Origin: Neocallimastix sp. 'constans'
Lineage: Eukaryota
Assembly (NCBI GenBank): GCA_050613775.1
Contig: JBODTK010000104.1
Location: forward strand, 1-64,000
Direction: 5' to 3'
DNA: 64,000 bases
Shown here: one piece after another, positions 49,301-64,000 of the stretch
Layout of the letters: each line of letters begins with the position of its first letter
Position numbering within the stretch: position 1 is the first letter of the stretch
Translations under genes and position numbers: made by a program
Notes under the pieces: generated by a model
What the model was told of the DNA's origin: nothing
The model's input: only the letters and a program-made list of their open reading frames with translations
Databases searched by the model: none

Positions 49301-50226
49301 CTAAGGCTTTTATGAATAATATCTTTAAACTACATGGTTTACCTCAAGATATTTATACAGACAGAGGATCACAATTTACAAGTGCTCTTTGGAATGAATT
49401 TATGCACTTATTAAAAATTAAAAATAATATAGCTACCACAGATCATCATGAAACCGTCGGACAAGTTGAAAGATGTAACTCTTTTATTGAACAATATCTT
49501 AGGGCTTATTCAAGAGCTTATTATCATGATGACTGGATAGATTGGATCTACCTTGCAGAATTTGCATATAATAACTCGGTTAATGAATCTACTAAGGAAA
49601 CACCTTTCTTTATAAATTATGGGTTCCATCCTTCCATGGACGAATTCTTTTTATTACCTCAAATGGATACTAATTTTAAATATATAAAAAATATAAATAC
49701 TAGTTTTAATCACATTAAAGACGTCTTACTACGTTCCAAAGAATTATATAAAAGACATGCTGATAAGAAAAGATTAGAACCTCCTGTTTTTAAAGAAGGT
49801 GACTTAGTATGGGTTCAAACTCCTCCTTCTCTTAATATCGAAGATTATTCTAAATTATCACCTTGTAAGTACGGACCTTATAAAGTACTTGAAGCTTTAG
49901 ATAATAATAATTATAAAATAGATTTAAAAAGATCTCCTTTCCCTAAACACCATCCAATATTCCATATATCTGCGCTCGAGCCTTTCATTCCTACTCCTCC
50001 AGAATATAGAAAAAGAAGATCTCATAATGAATCTATTAAAGATATTATAGAAATAGCAGGATTTAGGACCAATTATAAGAAAAAATGTTATGAATATCGT
50101 GTAAGGTATAAATATAAAAATTCATATGATTGGGTTCCTTCAGAAGAAGTTGAAAATAACCCAAGAAATCAAGAGATTTATTTATTATATTTAAAGAATG
50201 GAAGGAAGCTTACTTCGATAGCTTAT

Positions 50227-50232
<6 letters not shown>
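46328..50232 (+). pseudogene. pol: Pol of E with a frameshift (~46775) and a nonsense codon (49036-49038)
   Basis: Three ORF pieces are collinear with D pol. LLFGNQ is broken by a 1-nt loss, and FWWP reads TTT TGA TGG CCT. Confidence 0.9.
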
Positions 50233-50267
<35 letters not shown>

Positions 50268-53139
50268 GAAATTTTATTTTTTATTATTAATTTTTTAACT
50301 TTTACTTTATTATTATCTATTTTTTTAGTTAATTTTAATTTTTCAATATTTCTAAAATGAAATTTCAATTTCAAAATTTCAAAATTCAAAAATTCAAAAA
50401 TTCAAAAAATATAGCTATATTACACTCTTAACAATCAATTTATAATTCAACATAATCAAAATTTTATAAATTATTATAATTTTCATTTTTTTAAAATTTA
50501 ATGCAACAAATTAAGAAGTTAATTGAAATTAAATTTCAAAATTTCAATTTCAAAAATTCTAAATCAAATTCATTCAAAAATGGTACCATTATATTCACAA
50601 CTATCAATTTCATTAACTAAATTTTAATTTTACTAAATTTTAGAAATTTCAAAATTTCAATGAAATGGTCACTTGAAATGGGGGTTCCTATAAAAATTTA
50701 AAAGGACTCAAGCGACCTTCTTCCTTTGAAATTAAAAAATTTTTAATTTATGAAATTTCAAAAAATTTTTTAATAAAAATTTAGACCTCCGTATCGTTAC
50801 ACAAAAATCGTCTTGAATCCGATTTTTATGGGAGGGCGTTGTTGAAATTATAACTGAATTGAAATCTCAATTTCAGTTATTTACATTTCAATAATTAAAA
50901 ATATTATTTATTTAATTATAAATAATATATATAAATAATATATATATTTAAATAATTAATAATTAATATAAATTCTTGTTTAATATTTAAAGGGTTATCT
51001 TAGGCCTAATAATCCTGAGAATATTAATAAATAAGGTTTATATTAATAATTAATTTCAATGATACATTTGACGTCACGTGTATTTTATTTATATTATGTT
51101 TTTATATATGTTTACAACATATCTATATTAAATTCAATTATTCAAATTAATTATATAATTAAATTTATCCTTATATTTTATTATTATTTATATTATTATT
51201 ATCTTATAATTAAATATTATTATTATGTAACTTACAAAGTATAAAAGAAAGATGTAAAAATCTATCTTTTATGTTCTTTGTAAGGTTATTGTAAAATTAC
51301 CTTAATAGTAATATATTATAGATATTTTATTATTAAATAAAATCAATAAATTTAAAATCAAATTAATTTGATAATTCTAATTATCAAAATTTATTATAAA
51401 TAAATTTTTATTAAACTAAACATTTAAATATTTATTATTATTATTATATATCTATATAGTATATTACTATATAGACATATCGACTTAGTGAATATTTTTA
51501 TTAAAACATATTATTTTATTTAAATTTAAATTATAAATTATATCAAAATCTTAACATAAAAATATTGAGATTATTACTGGACATTTTAATTAATTTTTTT
51601 TTTATTATATAATATACGTTTATTGAAATTGAAATTTTAGAAATTTATTTGGTATTAATTAAAACCACTTTCAAAATTTACCTTTTACTCTATAAAATAC
51701 TGAAGGGTTAGTATTATTAAATTTTACTATATAAAATAGTTAAGGGTTAAAATGTATTTATCAATATGGCGTATAATATATTTAACATAAAGCCATACAT
51801 TTTTAAAATATTCTTTACAAACATAAATAAATATATAAATAATAATATATTTTTACCATTAAATTATACTAAATAACTTTTTCAAAAGAAGTAATAATAT
51901 ATTCTATTAAAAAAGAATTATTAAAAATTACTTTTACAATTGAATATTGATAAAATTATATATATAAAAAAGGAATATTTATTATTTATTTAATTTTTAT
52001 TTATCTAATTATTATCTAATTAATTGTTACAAAAATAAGCCACATATAAAATGCGCCATAAATTCAAAATTTAAGTATTGAATTTCAGAACGTGGCTTTT
52101 AAACAAAAAGTTAATTAGTAATTTAACTCCATACTTTTTTCTTTTTTTTTTCTTTTTTTTTTTTTTTTTTTTGAAAGATTGTAAATAAATAAAAATAGAA
52201 ATAAATATAAATGGGTTAATTTTTTTTTTTTAAAAAATAAAAATAGAAATAAATTTAAATGGATTAATTGTATTTTTTTTTTTTTTTTTTTAAACATCAA
52301 AAAAAAAACTTCTTATAAACACATTATTTATAATAAATATTTATTATTATTTTAACAAAGATATTAAAATATATCTTAAATACTAAAAAATATCTTTAAA
52401 ATTAAATATTATTTTATATTTTATTATATATATTTATTAGTATTTTAACAAAAAATACAAAAATATATCGTTAAAATTTAAAATTAAATACTATTATATA
52501 TTATTGTAACTAAAGAGATATTAAAGTTTTTTTTTTTTTATTAAATATTAATTAAATATTATTTCATTGCTTTTTATTTTTTACTAAAAATTTAAATATT
52601 GCTATTAATTTATTAAGCCACCTAACAGTGTTAAAAGTACGCCTCATTTTTATTAAAGCCACGTTACGAAATGCACCGCTCCCAAAAATATACTATATAA
52701 AATACTGAAGGGTTAAAATTTTATAAAAAAAAAAATTAATTTCAAATAAAATTTAATAATTAATAATTATATTACAATATATATAAAAATATTACCATGT
52801 AAAAATAAAACCAACAATGGAAATAAGGGATAATTTCTTAAATAATGAATATACACCGATAAATCGATAAAACTGGTATCGTCAGAAAGCTCAGCTCGAA
52901 ATCTACAAAAGATCCAAATTGCAGCCTTCTAGCTTCACTGGATCTCGAGATATTCCAATTCTAAGATTGATTTATAATAAATTAAAATTTCTTATTTTCC
53001 AAAAGTTACATTTATACTAATATAAAATATTCATTCTATAAATAACATTTATTAGATTCTTTCAATTATTAGATTCTAATATTTTCCAGTTATAATAAAG
53101 TTAATAAAATATCAAATCAGTTGATTTATAAATAGAAAA

Positions 53140-53900
53140 TTTAATAGTGGAACCAATAGTAAATTATCATACATCAATAATCAATTTATTAAATATATAT
53201 ATTAAATATAATAAAGATTATTATTAATCAATTTATAGCAAGATCGATATTTTTTTTGTCATCATTGTAAAGATACTTTTAAAATATATATTCAAATTCT
53301 GAAACTAATGAAGATGTAAAAATAAATTTTGTTAAATCTCGCTTAAGAGATTGTGTGTGCTCGTAATTGGTAATTTAACTACTTATAAAAATAGCATACC
53401 AAGAAGACTTTTAGAATTAATCAAGGAATGACAAGAGATATTCTAGAATATTGAAAGTAAAAAATTAGCCCCAAGATTCAATTAGTAAAATTAAAACAAT
53501 ACTTATGGTAAAATAAACAAATATGATGAACGATTAAAGACCTTATCTACTAGTATTAGATTAAATGAAGAAGCCTTAGTCTTATTATTTTTTTTTTATA
53601 ACTGTCTACACCCAAAATATCAATTGGAAATTGAAAAAAAAAAAAATGGAAGAATTTGTAGTTGATCTTGGGGAACTATTTATACTAAATGTATTTTACT
53701 GGAGAGCACTTTAAAAAACAAAAAATCAAATAAGAGCAAATAATAACACACCAAAAAAATACAAAAGACAAAAAATCAAATAGGAGTAAATAATAACACA
53801 CCAAAAAAAATACAAAAACCAAAAATTCTAAACCTCCATATGTCCATACTAATAATAATAAAAAGTATTATAATTATAATGACCTTTATAATAATAAATA
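53140..53900 (+). pseudogene. Decayed D/E-like gag relic
   Basis: Recognisable remnants (EDVKINFVKSRLRD, ARNW, EEALVL, LHPKYQ, IYTKCIL) interrupted by many indels; boundaries approximate. Confidence 0.75.
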
Positions 53901-55135
53901 CAATCATTATAATAATAATTATAATGATAACAAAACTAGTTGCAATATAAAATAAAAATATTATTAAAAGAAATAGAAATAAAAATTATAATCATTTATA
54001 TATAAAAAGAAAAAAAGTATTAAATTTATTATATTAAATCTATTATTATAATCATTTAACCCTTTGTATTTTTTTTTTTTTTTTTGCTAAATTATTTTTA
54101 TTATTTAATACATAAATCTGGCAATAAATTAAATTAAATTATGTATTTATTATTCAATAATAAATAATAAATAATAAATAATAATAAATAATAATAAATA
54201 ATAAATAAATTATAAATAATAAATAATAAATAATAAATAATAAATAACAACTAATCTAGTATTTATTAATAAATAATAATAAATAATAAATAATAATAAA
54301 TAATAAATAATAATAATAATTATAATTAATAATAAATAATAATTAAATAATGAATAATGAATATTTGAATAATAAATATAATAAACAATAATAATAAATT
54401 AGTTTAAATCTTTTATTTATACAGATATATTTAAAAATAAATAAATAAAGAAATAAAGAAAATAAAGCATGAATTGGTGATTAAAATAAAGTTTTTTTTT
54501 TTGTCATTTTAGAGTTTATTGTTAAATTATTTTTGGTCCCTCCTTTTTCAACCTCTAAAACGTAATTATTTATTTAATTTTAATTTTATTTTTATTTTAT
54601 TTTTATTTTATTATTATTTTATTTTTTTTTTAAGAAATTTTTATGTATATATATGTATATTTATATATATTTTATTAGTACTTTTTTTTTTTTTTTTTAT
54701 AATAAATGTTTTTTATTTATGGGTAATACAATTATAACTTTAAATTTTTAAAATATATATATATATATATATATATTAATTTTTATATTATATATAATAA
54801 TTTTAAAGTTTATAATAAATATATCAAATATTTATATAAATATTTTTTTGATAGATAATAATTCATTTTTTTTTTTTTATACAAAATGTAAAAAATAGTT
54901 TTATTGGAAATACTAATTTTTATACTGATGTTTAGTAGTTAGTTGCTATAGTTTTATAATTGCATGAATTAATTTTTATTAAAATATAATTAATTATAAG
55001 AGTTACCTCCTCTCCTTTTTTTTAATAACATATCATACCTTAAATATTAATTATACCAAAAAAATTTGACTCACGTTCATTCTTGCTTTAATTATTTTTA
55101 AAAAAATCATATATATAAGATGACTTTATATTAGT

Positions 55136-55170
<35 letters not shown>

Positions 55171-55461
55171 TTTATTTTATTTTTTTTTTTAGCTATTGAA
55201 TAAACTTTATTTTATAGTATTTATTAAGGAAAAATATATGAAAGTAAAATACATGAAATTTTTTAACCATTAAGATTAAAAAAATTACATTATAAGTTTT
55301 GAAAACAAAATGACCTCTAACTCTTTCCATTCATTTTATGGATGATAATTCTATGTGAATAAAAATTATTATTCAAAATCTGTATTAGAATTTCTTCTTT
55401 GCCTTTATCATTTCGACGTCAAAATGATAGAGGTTGAATAAATTTTTTTTAAGACTAAATA

Positions 55462-55497
<36 letters not shown>

Positions 55498-55618
55498 TTT
55501 TTATTATTTTGATCTAATCGTAGGGGTACTCGAATAATGTATATTTTCCTAGTAAAACATCTGTATTTTCTTAAAGGAAGTTTATTACTGTGTTTGTGTA
55601 TTATTGTTAATCTACATG

Positions 55619-55652
<34 letters not shown>

Positions 55653-56651
55653 TCCGTTAATAATGTGAAAGTATTGGTATTTTTTTTGACTTAACGAAAA
55701 ATAATATAAGATGATTCTTTCCATTTATTAAAGCATCGAATCATCGCCTTAGCACATAAAATTAGTTATAGGAGGTATATAAAGTTCCTTTGGCATATAA
55801 TTAATATTTGTATTGGAAATCTCATTATTAAACTCAAAACTCCAAAACAAAATCTCGATTAATAGCAGTTTTGTTTTCAGTGTTCTTTTTATTAGATCCT
55901 CTTTCTTAGGAATAGAAAACAATCGAAGCAGAATTGAATTCATTTGGCTCAAATTTTATTAAATAATAAAAGTTGACATTTTGCAAAGTCAGAATAATTA
56001 TTTTCTTGATTAGAATCAATATGAGGAGAAGTGACGCTCCCAGAATTAAAAAAATTATTAAAAAGTTCTGTTAGTACCCAAGCGCTTTGTCATTTTTCAT
56101 TGAAAGAACAATAGATTGAATTCGTAACATTGTAATTGATTGATAGATGTCTCACGATTCCCTGAGAAGAAAAATTGTTCTTTCCTTCAATATACAAAAT
56201 TTTACTTCAATTTTAAAATAAATTTGCATATTTTATATACGATATTTATTATAACAAAAAGATATCTTTATATTTTTATATAATTTAGAAAAAAAATTAA
56301 CACACAGTTCAAATTACTATTTTTTAACACATATTCTTACAATCAATAAGAATAATAATAATAATAAAAAAAAAAAAAAAAACTATTTTTTAATTTATTT
56401 GTTATTTTGTTTATTTTATTTTAGATTTATTATTTTATATATCTTTAAGCTATTAAAATATTAATAGTTAAAAAAATAATTTTATTTGGTTTATTTTTTT
56501 TATTATTAACATTTTTCAAATAAAAAACAATTGGATATATTATTTTGTTTATTATGTGATTATTTATTCACATTTTAAATATTATTTTATGTTTATAAAT
56601 TATAAATATTTTTTTTGTATGTGTTATATTTTGATTTTACAATTCTCTATT

Positions 56652-57985
<1,334 letters not shown>

Positions 57986-59869
57986 TTTTTATTATTTGTT
58001 TATTTACTTTATAAAAAACAAAGTATAAAAAAAAAAAAAATTATTTTTAGATACTATTTATTATTTATATATTTCTGTTTTTTTTTTTATTTCTTTTTCT
58101 TATTTAATATTTATTATATAAAAATAAAAAAATAAACCATTAAGTACATATGTAGATATGTATAAATAAATCCTATCAATCTTTGTTTTTATTACAAATT
58201 AATATATGTTTGATTCATAAAATATGATTAATCTATTATTAATATATTAATCTATAATAAATTATATTCATAATATATTAGTGTATAAAAATTTTTTATA
58301 ATTAATTAATATATAAATCCAATCTATATTTATATAAATGATCAATATAATATATTATATAATATATGAATAAGGAAATATTTAAATAATTAATATATTT
58401 TTGGAGCAATTAATTATAACCATCAAAAAATAGACATATATTATATTATATTACATAGTATATAAAATTCATATTGAAAATATATTTAATATAAAAGAAT
58501 TTTTTCTAAAATATATATAATAGAATAAAATGGTAAAAACATAATTATATTATAACATATATTACTAATATTCAAATTTATATATTAATGGAAAATTAGA
58601 TTTTAAGAATATTTATTTTATTTATATAATATATTATTAATATATTATTAAGTATATTATCAATTAAATAAAAATAGCTTAATTGAGTCGTTAAACAATA
58701 TTGAAAAACCAAAAAATTTTATTTTAATTATTATTTAATATATCTTTATATTTATATTTAAATTGAAATGCTTATCATTAAATGATTATGCTTATTATTT
58801 ATAAATATAAATAATGAATAAATAATTGAATAATAAATAATAATAATAATAAATAATAAAAATAATAATAATAAATAATAAATAATAATAAATAATAAAT
58901 AATTGAATAATAAATAATAAATAATAATAATAAATAATAATTAAGTAAATAAATATATAAAATTTGGTTTTAAATAATTCTAATATCCTTTTGTTTATAT
59001 AAAATGCTTATTTATTCTTTTTTTTTTTTTATTATTATTATTATAACTATTAAGAGAATTAGTAAAAAAATAAATAATAGAAAAGGTCAATTATTCTTTT
59101 ATATGGAATTCTCTCCTTTATTTATTTATTCAAAAATATTTATTCAAAATTGAACTAAAAAATAAATATTAAATAAATATATAGTAAATAAATATTAAAT
59201 AAATATATAAATAAATAAATAAATATTAAATAAATATAATAATAATATTAAATGTTTTTAGAAACCTGGTTTATTTTACTTAATTAATAATTATATTTAA
59301 GATTTCTTATTGACCATTAATTTTGAATATTATTTATTATGAATATTTTTTAATAAGTATCATATTATAATATGATATATATATTTCATAACAACTATTA
59401 CTAATATTTAATTATTTAAGTATTTATTTATTATTAATAAATATTAATAAAATTATTATTGATTATTTATGTAATTTTTTTTTTTTAAAAAATGTTATTA
59501 ATATAATAAATATTAATTACTTAAAAATTAATTACTATCAATTATTAATAATTATCAAAATAAAAGAAAAGAAGAAGAATAAATATTAAAGAAAAAAAGG
59601 AGAATAAATATTAAAGAAAAAAAGGAAGAAAAAAGAAAGAAAAATAACTAACATGGAATCTTTTTTTGACACCTAAAAAAGTTTTATTTATAATATTTAA
59701 AATAAATATATTATTCTAATTTTATTCTAATTTCCACCAATGACCGTTTTCCTATCAGAAATAAATAAGCCACTAATATATTATTTATTACAAATTGAAA
59801 AAAATGATGAATTATTAATATAAATTGTGCAATATTAATAAAAAAATTTTTTTCCGTAAATATCTGTAA

Positions 59870-60545
59870 TTGTTTAATAATAAATAAATAAATAATAAAT
59901 AAATAAATAATAAATAAATAATAAATAAATATAAATAATAAATAAATAAATAATAAATAATATATAATAATAATAATAAATAAATAAATAAATAATAAAT
60001 AAATAAATAATAAATAAATAAATAATAAATAAATAAATAAATAAATAATAAATAAATAATAAATAATAAATAATAAATATTTGAATAATAAATAATAAAT
60101 ATTTGAATAATAAATAATAAATATTTGAATAATAAATAATAAATATTTGAATAATAAATAATTAAATAATGAATAATGAATAATAAATAATTGAATAATA
60201 AAACCTGTTATTTAATTGAAATATAGCTGTTGTGACTGTATATCAACTATATGGTTTTGATGTTAATATTAGCAATATATGCAGTCATTGTTGTTATTAA
60301 TGTTCCAGAATAATGACGATATTGATAAACATATGCATATATTATTAATAAATAATGAATAATAAATAATTGAATCATGAATAATAAATAATAAATAAAT
60401 AATAAATAAATAATAAATAAATAATAAATAATAAATAAATAATAAATAAATAATAAATAAATAATAAATAATAAATAAATAATAAATAATAAATAAATAA
60501 ATAATGAATAAATAATAAATAATAAATAAATATATAAATAATAAA
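59870..60545. repeat. TAA/TAAA simple-repeat tract (similar tracts at ~54155-54360, 58810-58950, 62670-62910)
   Basis: Directly visible (AAT)n/(AAAT)n mosaics. Confidence 0.85.
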
Positions 60546-63532
60546 TATCACAGATTAGTAATCGCTATAACATAACATAATGCTTACTTCAACCTCAACA
60601 ATCACATTTGTATCGTGAGGTATTTAAAACATGGAAATTTTGAGTAAAAATGAGATCATGAATATGACTAATGAATATTACATCGAATTCTACTGCATAG
60701 ATAATTACTGTGTCGTCGTGAAGACACAGGCAATATAATTCGATATATAATTAAAGGACAGATCTTCATATATTTATTGGGGAAAGAGATATGACTAAAA
60801 ATGTCAAGGTGACGAGGTACGCTCCTCGTTAATTTGCACGTCTGAACATATATGTTCCACCAAAAACTTCTGGGCCCTCGGAAAGTAAAAACGGAAGGTA
60901 TACGCCGCTAATATTAGTAGTTTCCACAAATTCAGTAATTAACTGCTGGTGTTGCTATCGAAAGAGAGGTACAAGTACACCGATAAATATACCGTAGTGT
61001 TTGGCAACTGCCACGCATATATTAAAAGCAAAAGTGCAGTGAGGATATTCAATACAGTCAGAGACATAGCTGAAGACCCATAAACCATACATTAGTAATT
61101 AGAGCACACAAATGGCATACACCTTGATAAAACAATGTTCAAACGATTATATATACTATATGTACTAACATTGATACACATTAAAATAACCATAGTAAAC
61201 TTTCACATTACAATATTGGATACTCTATATTCATCATATTCTGGTGAAGTAGGGAACAACGTTACACAAATAAATGAATACAAGAGAATAATATTTATAT
61301 TATATAGATATATATAGCTAATATAAATAATAAATTTATGTGAATATTTTAAAATTTTAAAGTCTTTTTTTTTTCTTTTTTTTTTTTTTTTCTTTACAAC
61401 AATTTTAATATAAAGGAAAAAGAATATTATTATAAAGAAGTTATGTCCATTTATTTTTTTATTTATTTATTTTTTATTTAAAAAAAAAAAAAACTTAATA
61501 CCGCTATATTAAAAACAGTAATAGAATTATTCCAATTTTATTAGTTCAAAGTATTATTTTTTATTAATATTTTTTTTTTATATCAACTGATTTAACTTTA
61601 AAAATGATTATATATATTTTTTAAGTACATGAAATTTCTTCAAGTAATTAAAAAATAATTGAAAAAGATTATTTATTAAATAAAAATTTTCAATAATTAA
61701 TTTTAACTTAAAAGAAAAAAAAAATAACATTAAATATTACTCATAATAATATGAAGTTTTTCGGTTGTAATAAATGTTATTATTGAATAGAATAGTATAA
61801 TTGAGACTCTTGACACCAATTTTTTAAATAAATCTAAATTTATTTATTTATTTATTTATTTGTTTATTTATTTATTTAAATATAGTATAATATTATGAAT
61901 ATCTTTTAACATTATTAAGAATATAAATAAAAAAGTTTATTCATTTAATAATAAAAATATTTAGATATTTTAAAATATAATATTGATATTTTTTCTTCAC
62001 ATAATTTTATAAAAGCATAAAATTATGTAAAATTAATTGTTTCTCTATATATTTTGTATTGTGACATTATAAATAAAATATATATTAACTTAACGCCACA
62101 ATTATACAATATTTATTTTCAGTTACATCAGTATTAATATTGATGAGTATATTGAATTCAATTTTTTAATAATTTTTTAAGTAACACAAGCCACTGATTT
62201 TCGAATTTATATCATTTACCCATTTTCATTTGCATTGTATACAATATTGTTTACCATGTATAGTATAATGAAAATAATTAATTTTTTATTAATTAAACAT
62301 ATTAAAAAATTTGAAATTTTTTTTAGTCACGTCACATCAATATGGGAGATACAAAAAAATAAATTTTACTTGTTATTAATCATTTACTTTTCATCCAATG
62401 AATTTTAATCTATTCAAAAAAAGGTTAAATGAAAGTTATGAAAATCAAAAAAAAAAAATATTAATAAATAAAATTTTTAAAAAATATTTTTTTATTTTTA
62501 AAAAAATAAAATAACTTTAAAAATAAATAAATAAATTAATAAATTAATAAATAAATTAATAATAATAAACTTTATAAAATATAATTTATAAATTTTAATG
62601 AATATAAAATATAATTTTATTGAATTATCACTTTTCCTTTTTTATACAAAGGAAAATGAAATGAAATAAAGTAAATAAACATATAAATAAATATAAATAT
62701 AAATAAATATATATAAATAAATATAAATAAATAAATAAATAAATAAATATAAATAAATATAAATAAATATAAATAAATATAAATAAATAAATAAATAAAT
62801 AAATATAAATAAATATAAATAAATAAATAAAAAGGTATTTCAATATAAATAAATAAATATGAATGAATAAATAAATATAAATATGAATAAATAAATATAA
62901 ATAAATGAATAACTAAAAAGGTTTGAATTATAATTCAACTTAATTTGACACTTTTAATATATTTAAATGTATTAATATGTAAAGGACTTATCTTTCCAAT
63001 AAAACCAAAAAAAATATAAAAAATATAAAAAAAATATAAAAAATATAAAAAAAATTTAATATATATAAAAAAAAAAATTTAATATATATATATATATATA
63101 TATAAAAGGACTGTTTCCCTTGAAGTAATAATAAAATTTTATTAAAATTTAATATAAGTAAAAAAATTAATAAAAATGAATTAGGATAGGATAAAAGAAT
63201 TATTAAATATTTAATTAAAGTCGAAAGTAACAACAACAAATTAAAATATTTATTTATATTTATTTTAATATATTTTGAGGTGATGTAATAATGATCTGAA
63301 TTTTTATATACCATTAAAGGAATTTTTTTTTTCATATATAAAGGAAATAAAGAAGGCCAATAATTAAAATTTTCTAAAAAAAAAAAAAAAAAAAAATAAA
63401 AAAAAAAAAATAATTTTAATAAATAAATAAGAAAAAAAAATTAAATAAAAATTAAATAAAAACTAATAAATAAATTTTAATTTTTTTTTTTGTTATTATT
63501 TTGATAATAATAATAAATTAATTATTTCCAAA

Positions 63533-64000
63533 ATGTTTAAAAAATTACAAAAACATTTTAGTTTAGCACTTGCATTTTCAGTGCTTTCTTTATCTGTTGT
63601 TTCTTGCAGTCCAATTGATACCTATGGTATTACCTTACGTGATACTAAAGAAAAATTCTCAATTTTTACTGAAGGATCAGTTGCTACTGATATTGTAGAA
63701 GAAGAAGATGGTTCAGTATCGTGGGTTGCCACTGCTGCCAATGGTGCTGGTGGTGGTGTAGCCTTCTATGCTAAACCTAACAAAGAAGAAATTAATATTG
63801 GAAATTATGAATCTATTGATGTTGAATTTGATTACAATATCGTTGAAGGTAAGTGGAATCCTGAAGCCTTAAATCCAGGATTTTGTTTGAGAATGCTTCC
63901 ATGGGATTCTACCGGTATGTTTGGTGGTTATGAAGAACTTGAATATGTTGATACTGATGCTAAGTCTGGAACCTTTAAATACAATTTCAAAATTCCATCC
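63533..64000 (+). CDS. Secreted protein, N-terminus resembling anaerobic-fungal feruloyl esterase FaeA (CE1); runs off the window
   Basis: Open frame MFKKLQKHFSLALAFSVLSLSVVSC-SPIDTYGITLRDTKEKF...GAGGGVAFY...LPWDSTGMFGGYE with a signal peptide. It resembles Orpinomyces FaeA as I recall it; the catalytic domain lies outside the window. Confidence 0.75.
   Translation, partial: MFKKLQKHFSLALAFSVLSLSVVSCSPIDTYGITLRDTKEKFSIFTEGSVATDIVEEEDGSVSWVATAANGAGGGVAFYAKPNKEEINIGNYESIDVEFDYNIVEGKWNPEALNPGFCLRMLPWDSTGMFGGYEELEYVDTDAKSGTFKYNFKIPS

Larger units (their letters stand above)
44510..51556 (+). mobile_element. Self-priming Ty3/gypsy element E (relative of D), defective pol
   Basis: 717-bp LTRs 44510-45226 and 50840-51556 (one substitution seen), PBS ATAACCTTAC, PPT GGGAGGG; no clean TSD. 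Confidence 0.95.

Noticed and set aside
55280..56200. Possible gene in a moderately complex region
   Set aside because: Only short ORFs broken by homopolymers, with no recognisable domain; it may be a relic but cannot be supported.

Overview
Extremely AT-rich eukaryotic DNA with spliceosomal introns. It is most likely an anaerobic gut fungus (Neocallimastigomycota), inferred from base composition and a FaeA-like esterase. Positions 1-51.6 kb are a nested pile of Ty3/gypsy LTR retrotransposons from two lineages. (i) A tRNA-Ala-primed lineage with 4-bp TSDs: three copies of family A, one truncated relative C, and probably two solo LTRs. (ii) Self-priming Tf1/sushi-like chromoviruses with 5-bp TSDs: B, D and E. 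The main result is position-specific integration. 4-bp-TSD elements sit 23-24 nt upstream of a Pol III A-box at three sites. One site is a real tRNA-Val(UAC) gene, hit twice at the identical nucleotide. The other two are tRNA-like A-box/B-box cassettes carried inside the LTRs of B-type chromoviruses, so one retrotransposon family appears to carry a mobile landing pad for another. The A/C leaders also contain an unannotated ~160-nt RNA with compensatory base changes, and gag/pol is joined by a -1 frameshift pseudoknot. Positions 51.6-64 kb are host-like: TE relics, a five-exon UBC4-type E2 gene, simple repeats, and the start of a secreted feruloyl-esterase-like gene.
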